This document shows positions 17,856 to 25,420 of a stretch of 32,000 nucleotides of DNA, in pieces. The DNA is from Pseudomonas phage JM2. The notes beneath the pieces are model-generated. The model did no database searches, had not been told where the DNA came from, and saw only the letters and a program-made list of their open reading frames with translations. The DNA is taken from the sequence record PP944331.1. One strand, written 5' to 3'. Numbering within the stretch: position 1 is the stretch's first letter; each line of letters starts with the position of its first letter. The translations under genes were made by a program, and so were the position numbers.

Positions 17856-18841
17856 TGACCCCGCGCCTCAACGACATCGCCGCCTTCATGAAGGCTCGCC
17901 ACGACATCTACTTGGACCGCAAGGCCGGGAAGCCCGGACCCTGGACCGCGGACCCGGTTCTGAGTGGTGGGCGGTTCTGCAACATCTTCCGCGAGCTGGA
18001 CACCGTGACGATCTGGGTTGACCAGAACATCCGCCAGCCCTACGCGGACCACCCGCACCTCTGGTTCATGCTCGCCATCGCCCGCTACATCAACTGGCCG
18101 GACACGCTCCGCTACTTGATGGAGGAGGCGGGGCCGGGAACCTGGCCCGATGAGGAGGGCTTCGAGCCCGCGAAGCTGACGAAGGCCCTGGAGGACTACG
18201 CCGCCGCGGGCAACAAGGTGTACACCGGAGCCTACATGATCCGCGCGGAGTCCGACCCCTCCAAGGAGTGGTACAGCTGGACCAAGCACCGCTACATCGC
18301 GGAGATTGTCCTGGGCCGTCTCTGGGAGGACCGCGAGGAATGGGCACGCGATCTGGAGCCCGCCAAGTCCGGTTTGCCCAAGGTTCCGCGGGTTCCGACC
18401 CTCGAAACCGTCTGGGAGAAGTTCCAGCAGCACCGCTACATCGGCTGGGGTCCGTTCATGGCCTATGAGGTGGTGACCGACCTCCGCCACACCCGCTACC
18501 TGCGCAACGCCCCGGACATCTGGACTTGGGCCAACGCCGGTCCTGGGGCGATCCGCGGGCTCAACCGCCTGTATGGGCGCGACCTCGCTGCGAAGCCCCG
18601 CCCGGAGCAGACGAACGCGGAAATGATCGAGCTGATGCAGGAGCTGAACGCCCTGGACGCCCTGGGCTTCAACGAAACCTTCGGACCGCCGCAGCTCGGG
18701 AGCCCGCACGTGGGGCCGCGGTTCGAGGCCCGGGACATCGAACACTCGCTGTGCGAGTTCGACAAGTATGAGCGTGTGCGCCTGAACGAAGGCAAGATGC
18801 GCTCGAAGTATGACTGGCGCAAGGCAACCACCCTCGCCTGA
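17855..18841 (+). CDS. Second aGPT-PPlase-type protein (5-hmdU DNA kinase helical-domain-like)
   Basis: PGPWTADPVLSGGRFCNIFRELDTVTIW, AYEVVTDLRHTRYL..APDIWTWANAGPGAIRGLNRLYGRDL, RDIEHSLCEFDKYERVRLNEGKMRSKY. Confidence 0.8.
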   Translation: MTPRLNDIAAFMKARHDIYLDRKAGKPGPWTADPVLSGGRFCNIFRELDTVTIWVDQNIRQPYADHPHLWFMLAIARYINWPDTLRYLMEEAGPGTWPDEEGFEPAKLTKALEDYAAAGNKVYTGAYMIRAESDPSKEWYSWTKHRYIAEIVLGRLWEDREEWARDLEPAKSGLPKVPRVPTLETVWEKFQQHRYIGWGPFMAYEVVTDLRHTRYLRNAPDIWTWANAGPGAIRGLNRLYGRDLAAKPRPEQTNAEMIELMQELNALDALGFNETFGPPQLGSPHVGPRFEARDIEHSLCEFDKYERVRLNEGKMRSKYDWRKATTLA

Positions 18842-18867
18842 GCCCAACCCCGAAAAGGAGAATCATC

Positions 18868-19428
18868 ATGGCAGTACGTCTGACCAACTTCATCCGCGAG
18901 CAAATACTGGCTGCGGTTATGAAACACGCCTTCGAGGCCCGCGAGAAGGCCCTGGAGGCGGAGAAGTTCGCCCTGGGGGATGCCGTGTACAACGACATCT
19001 ACCCGGAACGGCTCCGCCAGCAGATGGCTGCGCTGCCGGACGGCTTCTTGCCGACTGACAGTGACGTCAAGGTCCAGTTCGAGGGCCAACGCTTCACGCA
19101 CGTGTACTTCGGGGAGCGCCGCCGCATCGCCGAGTCCCACGAGTACAGCGCCGCCCGGGTCTATGACGCCAAGCACCCTCTGACCGCCCGCTATGACGCC
19201 TGGAAGAAGGCCCAGGACGATCTGGACGCGGAGAAGTCCAAGGCGAAGTCCTCCGCGGAGGCCGTCCTGAGCTCCGTCACCACGGTCAAGAAGTTGATCG
19301 AAGTCTGGCCGGAGGTGGAGCAGTTCGCCCGCCCCTTCGCGGTTGAATCGCCGTCCCGGGCTATCGCGCTGCCGATCAAGGACCTGAACGCCCGCCTGGG
19401 CCTTCCGCCGCAGACCGCTTCGGCTTAA
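18868..19428 (+). CDS. Nmad5-like putative nucleotide modification-associated protein
   Basis: MAVRLTNFIREQILAAVMKHAFEAREKALEAEKFALGDAVYNDIYPERLRQQMAALPDGFLPTDSDVKVQFEG; genomic context. Confidence 0.65.
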   Translation: MAVRLTNFIREQILAAVMKHAFEAREKALEAEKFALGDAVYNDIYPERLRQQMAALPDGFLPTDSDVKVQFEGQRFTHVYFGERRRIAESHEYSAARVYDAKHPLTARYDAWKKAQDDLDAEKSKAKSSAEAVLSSVTTVKKLIEVWPEVEQFARPFAVESPSRAIALPIKDLNARLGLPPQTASA

Positions 19429-19440
19429 CAGGAGGGGGCC

Positions 19441-19554
19441 ATGATCTTCTCGCCGTTCTGGTGGTACTGGAGCTGGTGGTTGGTCTGGCTCCCTCGCCCC
19501 CGCGTCCTTCGCCGGACCGGCAACGTCATCTTCGTGGAGTTTAACAAGAAATGA
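19441..19554 (+). CDS. Trp-rich 37-aa putative membrane-active micro-ORF
   Basis: MIFSPFWWYWSWWLVWLPRPRVLRRTGNVIFVEFNKK; GGAGG at 19431-19435, ATGA overlap with the next gene; absent from the supplied ORF track. Confidence 0.6.
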   Translation: MIFSPFWWYWSWWLVWLPRPRVLRRTGNVIFVEFNKK

Positions 19555-20606
19555 AAGTCATCAAGACCCGCAACGTACAACAGGCCCTCCCGGAGGCCCT
19601 GTATCAACTGTCCTTCGAGGGCGTCCGCCGCGACTCGCGCAACGGCCCCGTGTTCATGTTCCCGGAACCCGTCACCACCGTGTACCTCCGCCCGGCGGAG
19701 CGCGTGCTGTTCTGGGCGGAACGGGACGCCAACCCCTTCTTCCACCTGATGGAAAGCCTCTGGATGCTAGGCGGACGCAATGACGTGGAGTACGTCGCCC
19801 GCTTCGTGGATCGCATGCGCAGCTACTCGGATGACGGCCTGACCTTCCACGGGGCCTACGGCTTCCGCTGGCGCCAGCACTTCTTCGAGGACCAGCTGCC
19901 CAAGATCATCGCCGCCCTGAAGGAGAACCGCGATGACCGCCGCCAGGTCCTGTCGATGTGGGACGCGGACGCGGACCTGGGCCGCCAAGGCAAGGACCTC
20001 CCGTGCAACCTTCAGGCCATCTTCCAGATCGCCTGCGACGGTCGCCTGGACATGACCGTGACCAACCGCTCCAACGACCTGATCTGGGGAGCCTACGGGG
20101 CCAACGCGGTCCACTTCAGCTACCTCCATGAGTACGTCGCCCGGAGTGTCGGGGTTGAACAAGGCATCTACCGCCAAGTCAGCGCCAACTTCCACGCCTA
20201 TGAGGAGGTGCTGAACAAGGTCGCCCCGCTCGCGGACCTCGCCGCCAACCCGATGACCGGGAAGGAGACGCCCGACCCCTACGCCGCCGGGATCGCGGAG
20301 CCGTACCCGCTGATGTCCACGGACCCGGAGGAGTGGAACCAGGAGCTGATGATGTTCCTGAGCGAGCCGGACGCCGTGGGCTTCCGTGACCCGTTCTTCC
20401 GCCGCGTGGCGATCCCCATGATGAAGGCCCACAAGGCTTTCAAGCAGACCTCCAACCCCTCCCGCTTCGACGCCGCCTTGGCGGAGCTGGACAACGTCGC
20501 CGCCACCGACTGGAAGCTGGCCGGGGTGGAGTGGGTCGAACGCCGCCGCGCCGCCTTCGAGGCTCGCAAGGCCCGGGCGATGGACGATGGGGTGGCGTAT
20601 GAGTGA
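19551..20606 (+). CDS. Thymidylate synthase-superfamily protein, probable dUMP hydroxymethylase
   Basis: ESLWMLGGRNDVEYV, DLPCNLQAIFQIACDGRLDMTVTNRSNDLIWGAYGANAVHFSYLHEYVA, QVSANFHAY. Catalytic Cys, RSxD and the Asn region are retained. Confidence 0.75.
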   Translation: MKVIKTRNVQQALPEALYQLSFEGVRRDSRNGPVFMFPEPVTTVYLRPAERVLFWAERDANPFFHLMESLWMLGGRNDVEYVARFVDRMRSYSDDGLTFHGAYGFRWRQHFFEDQLPKIIAALKENRDDRRQVLSMWDADADLGRQGKDLPCNLQAIFQIACDGRLDMTVTNRSNDLIWGAYGANAVHFSYLHEYVARSVGVEQGIYRQVSANFHAYEEVLNKVAPLADLAANPMTGKETPDPYAAGIAEPYPLMSTDPEEWNQELMMFLSEPDAVGFRDPFFRRVAIPMMKAHKAFKQTSNPSRFDAALAELDNVAATDWKLAGVEWVERRRAAFEARKARAMDDGVAYE

Positions 20607-21195
20607 GGAGCTGAACCGCCGCGCCGCCCGCCCGCTCCTGACCCGGATCGCCGCGACCCGGGAGGCCGGGACGGTCCGCCGGTGCCACATCGTCCCGCAC
20701 CATGGTCAGTACAACATCGCCCAGCACAGCTACGGGGCCGTGAGCCTCCTGCTGCTGCTCCACCCACACCCGTCACTGAACCTGATCAAGGCGGTCCAGT
20801 GGCACGACTGCGCGGAGCGTTGGTTGGGCGACATTCCGGCCCCGGCGAAGTGGACCAACCCCGAACTCGGGAAGGTGTATGAGGAGGCGGAACGCCGCGT
20901 GCTGGCGACCCTGGGCCTGCTCCCGGGCCTTCTCCCTGACGAGGAGAACTGGTTGAAGGCCGTGGACACCCTCGAACTGTGGCTGTGGTGCCGGGAGGAA
21001 GAAGCCCTGGGCAACGAAGCGGTCACGGCCATGCGGAGGGCATGCGAGGAGGTGACGGAGAAGCGGGGCCTGGAGGGTAGCCTGCCCGAACCCGTCCGCG
21101 CCTTCTACGTGGCAGCGAAGCACCAGCCGCATCGCCGCCTCTCGGACTTCTTCGAGGAGGTGGTGCGCGATGGACTTGGAGAAGCTGCGACGTGA
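20599..21195 (+). CDS. HD-domain phosphohydrolase (YfbR-like)
   Basis: RCHIVPHHGQYNIAQHSYGAVSLLLLL...AVQWHDCAERWLGDIPAPAK..D metal-binding pattern. Confidence 0.75.
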   Translation: MSEELNRRAARPLLTRIAATREAGTVRRCHIVPHHGQYNIAQHSYGAVSLLLLLHPHPSLNLIKAVQWHDCAERWLGDIPAPAKWTNPELGKVYEEAERRVLATLGLLPGLLPDEENWLKAVDTLELWLWCREEEALGNEAVTAMRRACEEVTEKRGLEGSLPEPVRAFYVAAKHQPHRRLSDFFEEVVRDGLGEAAT

Positions 21196-21397
21196 TTGGG
21201 CGGAGGACCCGCAGCTGAAGTTCTACGCCTTTGACACGGTGGAAGAACTCGCCGCGCACCTCCGCAAGGTCCATACAGATATGATGAACGGGGAGCACGG
21301 GTGTTTTGGGTACTTGTACCGCCAGCAGACACTCCGGCTCCGGGAACTGATGAAGGAGTTACAAGATGAGCGTGAACGAAAAGCAAGTGGGCGGTGA
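21170..21397 (+). CDS. Small phage protein of unknown function
   Basis: 75 aa MDLEKLRRDWAEDPQLKFYAFDTVEELAAHL..., overlaps both neighbours. Confidence 0.5.
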   Translation: MDLEKLRRDWAEDPQLKFYAFDTVEELAAHLRKVHTDMMNGEHGCFGYLYRQQTLRLRELMKELQDERERKASGR

Positions 21398-21752
21398 GCA
21401 CTACCGCTCGCCCGTCCAACACTGGGACTACGTGGAGCTGAACGGCCTCCGCTACACCGAAGGCTGCGCGACCAAGTACGCGACCCGCAACCGCAAGAAG
21501 CACGAGGACCCGCGCCAGGACCTTGAGAAGGCGATCCACTACGTGGAGAAGGTCCAGGACCTGTACCGCAACGGGGTCCTGCTGCCCCGCACCGCCCCCG
21601 TGGTCATTACCCCGGACGCCTTCGCCGCCGCGAACGGGCTGACGGAGGACGAAGCCGAAGTGGTCCGCATCCTCACCTTCTGGGAGTCCGACCCGGAACT
21701 GACCGCGGCCCTGAACCTCCTGCGCAAGATGATTGCGGAGGTCGGAGCCTGA
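21366..21752 (+). CDS. DUF3310-containing phage protein
   Basis: VGGEHYRSPVQHWDYVELNGLRYTEGCATKYATRNRKKHEDPRQDLEKAIHYVEKV. Confidence 0.8.
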   Translation: MSVNEKQVGGEHYRSPVQHWDYVELNGLRYTEGCATKYATRNRKKHEDPRQDLEKAIHYVEKVQDLYRNGVLLPRTAPVVITPDAFAAANGLTEDEAEVVRILTFWESDPELTAALNLLRKMIAEVGA

Positions 21753-23746
21753 TGTCATACCTCCAACCACCCCTGTTCACGACCGTCTCCAGCGACTGGG
21801 TGGCCCCGGACCTCAGCACCCTCCCCTCGTGGGAGGGGGCCAAGCGGGTCGCCATTGACTGCGAGACGCGGGACCCGGACCTGCGCAAACTCGGGCCGGG
21901 GGCGGGCCGTCGCCCGAACAGCTACATCACCGGCATCAGCTTCGCAATCGAGGACGGCCCGGGCGGGTACTTGCCCATCAGACACGAAGGCGGGGGCAAC
22001 CTCCCGCTGGAGGGCGTGTTGGCCTACCTCCGCGCCCAGGCAAAGGTGTTCACCGGCGACCTCGTGGGGGCCAACCTCCCGTATGACCTGGACTTCCTCG
22101 CCGGGGACGGCATCGAGTTCGAGCGGGTCCGCTACTTCCGTGACATCCAGATCGCTGACCCGCTGATCTGCGAACTCCACGACAGCTACAGCATGCAAGC
22201 TATCGCGGAGCGGTGGGGCTTCTACGGCAAGGACGAAGCCCTGCTGCGTGCCGCCGCGGTCGATTATGGGATCGACCCGAAGAAGGACATGTGGATGCTC
22301 CCGGCCAAGTTTGTCGGGAAGTACGCGGAGGAGGACACGCGCCTGCCTCTGAACATCCTCCGCCGTCAGGAGCGGGAGATTGATGAGCAGGACCTCTGGG
22401 GCGTGTACAATCTGGAATCCAAGCTGCTCCCGATCCTCACCCGCCTTCGCCGCCGGGGCGTCCGAATCGACTGCGACCGCCTGGACATGATTGAGCGTTG
22501 GGCGCTGGAGAAGGAGACGGAGGCCCTGGCCCAAGTCCGGTCGATCACCGGCCACCGGATCGCCGTGGGCGATGTCTGGAAGCCGGAGGTGATCGCCCCC
22601 GCCCTCGAACACATCGGCATCAAGCTGAACAAGACCTCCCAGGGCAAGCCTAGCATCGACAAGGAGCTGCTGGGCTCAATCGACCACCCCGTGGCGGGCC
22701 TCCTCGAACGCGCCCGGAAGGTGAACAAGCTGCGCACGACCTTCGCCAGCTCCGTCCGGGACCACATGGTGAATGGGCGTCTCCACGGGACGTTCAACCA
22801 GCTCCGCCGCCAGAAGGATGACGAAAGCGACGGGACCGCGGGCGCTGCCTACGGGCGACTGTCCAGCGAACACCCGAACCTCCAGCAGCAACCGGCTCGG
22901 GATGAGTTCGCCATGATGTGGCGGGCCATCTACCTCCCGGAGGAAGGCCAACACTGGGCGTCCAACGACTACAGCCAGCAGGAGCCCCGCATGGCGGTCC
23001 ATTACGCCTGCTTGGCGAAGGACCTGATTGGGCACCAAGCCTGGCTGTCCGCAATCGAAGCCCGGGACAAGTACCGCAACGACCCGAACACCGACAACCA
23101 CCAGATGATGGCGGACATGGCGGGGATCAAGCGCAAGGACGCCAAGGAAATCTATCTGGGCCTGTCCTACGGGATGGGCGGGGCGAAGATGTGCCGCAAG
23201 CTCGGGCTCCCGACTATGATGGCCGTGCGTGGCCCCCGCTTCCAGCTGTTCGACGTGAACAGCCCGGAGGGTCAGCGCCTGGTCGCGGAAGGGGCGCGGA
23301 GGTTCGAGGCCGCGGGGCCGGAGGGTCAGGCCCTCCTGGACACCTTCGACCACAAGGTGCCGTTCATCAAGAAGCTGGCGAAGGCTTGCGAAGCCCGGGC
23401 GAAGGCCGTGGGCTACATCACGACCTTGAGCGGTCGCCGTTGCCGCTTCCCGAAGGACAAGGACGGGAACTATGACTGGACCCACAAGGGACTGAACCGG
23501 CTGATTCAGGGCTCCTCCGCGGACCAGACCAAGATGGCGATGGTGGCCTGCGCGGAAGCCGGACTGGACATCATCATCCAGGTCCACGATGAGATCGCCT
23601 TCAGCGTACATGACATGAAGGAGGCCGCGGAAGCCGCCCACATCATGCGGACGTGTACACCGCTCGAACTCCCGTCAAAGGTGGACGTGGAGATTGGGCA
23701 GAGCTGGGGTCATTCCATGGGCTGGGACGGGAACCCGCCATCATGA
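21752..23746 (+). CDS. polA: Family A DNA polymerase with 3'-5' exonuclease domain
   Basis: Exo motifs DCETRDPDL, GANLPYDLDFL, YAEEDTRLPL; pol motifs DYSQQEPR, RKDAKEIYLGLSYGMGG, QVHDEIAF. Confidence 0.92.
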   Translation: MSYLQPPLFTTVSSDWVAPDLSTLPSWEGAKRVAIDCETRDPDLRKLGPGAGRRPNSYITGISFAIEDGPGGYLPIRHEGGGNLPLEGVLAYLRAQAKVFTGDLVGANLPYDLDFLAGDGIEFERVRYFRDIQIADPLICELHDSYSMQAIAERWGFYGKDEALLRAAAVDYGIDPKKDMWMLPAKFVGKYAEEDTRLPLNILRRQEREIDEQDLWGVYNLESKLLPILTRLRRRGVRIDCDRLDMIERWALEKETEALAQVRSITGHRIAVGDVWKPEVIAPALEHIGIKLNKTSQGKPSIDKELLGSIDHPVAGLLERARKVNKLRTTFASSVRDHMVNGRLHGTFNQLRRQKDDESDGTAGAAYGRLSSEHPNLQQQPARDEFAMMWRAIYLPEEGQHWASNDYSQQEPRMAVHYACLAKDLIGHQAWLSAIEARDKYRNDPNTDNHQMMADMAGIKRKDAKEIYLGLSYGMGGAKMCRKLGLPTMMAVRGPRFQLFDVNSPEGQRLVAEGARRFEAAGPEGQALLDTFDHKVPFIKKLAKACEARAKAVGYITTLSGRRCRFPKDKDGNYDWTHKGLNRLIQGSSADQTKMAMVACAEAGLDIIIQVHDEIAFSVHDMKEAAEAAHIMRTCTPLELPSKVDVEIGQSWGHSMGWDGNPPS

Positions 23747-24057
23747 AGTTCTGCTATCAATGTGACGCGCAGGTCACTTACTTGTTTGCGGACGCACGCT
23801 GCGCAAAGTGTACCCGCTTGACCCCGGAGGAAGTCCGGGGCGAACCCCTGGAGAACGATATGCGCCGCAGCAACGACAACACCGTGGACCTCGAAGTGGT
23901 CATCAAGCGCGAGACAGACAAGGCATACCTCATCGACCACGGCGGTGAGGAGGAAGTCTGGATGCCCAAGTCACAGGTCCGCGCGGTCGAGAAGAAGGGC
24001 CGCACAGCGACCCTTACCGTCACCGAGTGGATCGCCAACGAGAAGGGGCTGATATGA
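23743..24057 (+). CDS. Small zinc-ribbon-like phage protein
   Basis: ATG at 23743, MKFCYQCDAQVTYLFADARCAKCTRL (CX2C...CX2C). Confidence 0.55.
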   Translation: MKFCYQCDAQVTYLFADARCAKCTRLTPEEVRGEPLENDMRRSNDNTVDLEVVIKRETDKAYLIDHGGEEEVWMPKSQVRAVEKKGRTATLTVTEWIANEKGLI

Positions 24058-24248
24058 ACGACATCGCCGTGCGCTGGACCTCCCGGAAGTTCTGGGCGGC
24101 GATGATCTGGGAGGCGGTCCTGGTCTGGCTCCTGTACGTGGGCAAGTTGCCGGTGGACGCCTTCGAGTCCTTGACCTGGCTCCTGCTGGGCGGTTACTTC
24201 CTCGGGAACGTCGCCCAGAAGGTTTTGCTGAAGGAGGAGGGGAAATGA
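24054..24248 (+). CDS. Small two-TM protein (membrane; holin-like topology)
   Basis: MNDIAVRWTSRKFWAAMIWEAVLVWLLYVGKLPVDAFESLTWLLLGGYFLGNVAQKVLLKEEGK, overlaps both neighbours. Confidence 0.5.
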   Translation: MNDIAVRWTSRKFWAAMIWEAVLVWLLYVGKLPVDAFESLTWLLLGGYFLGNVAQKVLLKEEGK

Positions 24249-24706
24249 GCGAACGTCAAGACCGCTGGGACCGCCGCTATGTTGGGCTGGCCCAACACGT
24301 CGCGGGCTGGAGCAAGGACCCTTCCACGAAGGTCGGAGCCGTCCTGGTTCGGCCCAACAACAGCGTGGCTTCGACCGGGTTCAACGGCTTCCCGCCCGGG
24401 CACGATGACTCGCCAGAGTTGTACGCTGACCGCGGGTACAAATACCAGCACGTTGTTCACGCGGAAATCAACGCACTCAACTTTCTGGGCTCGCCTGCGA
24501 CGGGCTTCACGCTCTATACTTCTTTCCCCTGCTGTCCGAACTGTATGGAGGCCGCGGGGAAGGCGGGCGTGAAGCGGGTCGCCTTCCCGGGCATCGACTA
24601 CTCGGGCCGCGATCCGGGGTGGGTTGCTGAGTGGAATCGACGCATTGATGAGGCTTTGGAAGTCGCCCGCCGCTACAACATCGAAGTGAGGTGGGTAGAT
24701 GTCTGA
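24245..24706 (+). CDS. dCMP deaminase
   Basis: DPSTKVGAVLV, TGFNGFPPG, HAEINALNF, CCPNCMEAAGKAGVKRV zinc-deaminase motifs. Confidence 0.9.
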   Translation: MSERQDRWDRRYVGLAQHVAGWSKDPSTKVGAVLVRPNNSVASTGFNGFPPGHDDSPELYADRGYKYQHVVHAEINALNFLGSPATGFTLYTSFPCCPNCMEAAGKAGVKRVAFPGIDYSGRDPGWVAEWNRRIDEALEVARRYNIEVRWVDV

Positions 24707-25097
24707 AGCCGCAATGTGGGACTCCCTCCGCCCCGTCATCCGGTCGCTGGACCCGGTGCGCGTGGAGAACCCCATTGTGCCCGGGACCCCGGATGTGAAC
24801 TACAACCAGGGCTGGATTGAATTGAAGTTCGCTGAACGCTGGCCGCCCAGGGGCGGACCGCTTCGAGTGGACCACTTCACCCGCCAGCAGAGGACCTGGC
24901 TGACCCGTCGCCGCAGGGCCGGGGGCCGGGCCTTCCTCCTGCTGAAGGTCGGGGAGACGGAGTGGTTGCTATTCGATGGAGCGGTGGCCGCTGCTATGCT
25001 GGGCCGGGTTCCGCGAGAACGCCTGTATGAGGTCTGTGTCGCACGTTGGACACGCCTTCCAAGAACCAAGGAGATTTGTACATGTCTGCTACAGTGA
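24699..25097 (+). CDS. VRR-NUC-like (PD-(D/E)XK) nuclease
   Basis: PIVPGTPDVNYNQGWIELKFAERWP...QQRTWL core motif. Confidence 0.7.
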   Translation: MSEAAMWDSLRPVIRSLDPVRVENPIVPGTPDVNYNQGWIELKFAERWPPRGGPLRVDHFTRQQRTWLTRRRRAGGRAFLLLKVGETEWLLFDGAVAAAMLGRVPRERLYEVCVARWTRLPRTKEICTCLLQ

Positions 25098-25408
25098 CAC
25101 CAACCAAAGGCGAAAGCCTACTGCTACACCGCCGCCGCAAGGGCCTCAACCAAATTGAGGCCGCGAAGGAGTACGGGGTGCACCCGGACCGCTACCGTGA
25201 ATGGGAAGCGGACCGCCGCCTGGACGATCAACCGCGCCAGCACCTCGGACAACTGAAGCCCCACGAGGTCTGCTTGCTGTTCCGCCGCCGCTCGGGTAAG
25301 ACCCAGCGCGAAATCGCCGCCGCTCTGGGCTGCACTCGCCTCTGGGTCATCCAGATGGAGGACGGGAAAGCGCCGGTTGAGCGCCTTCGTGAATATTGGG
25401 GCTTTTGA
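25082..25408 (+). CDS. Small DNA-binding protein with two HTH-like segments
   Basis: LLLHRRRKGLNQIEAAKEYGVHPDRYREWE and LLFRRRSGKTQREIAAALGCTRLWVIQMEDG. Confidence 0.65.
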   Translation: MSATVTPTKGESLLLHRRRKGLNQIEAAKEYGVHPDRYREWEADRRLDDQPRQHLGQLKPHEVCLLFRRRSGKTQREIAAALGCTRLWVIQMEDGKAPVERLREYWGF

Positions 25409-25420
25409 GGGGGATCGGAA

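Noticed and set aside
24515-24527. TATACTTCTTTCC, resembling the promoter -10 core
   Set aside because: Lies inside the dCMP deaminase coding sequence where it encodes conserved residues (LYTSFPCC), and no matching upstream hexamer/CTTCTTCGG block is present at 17 nt.
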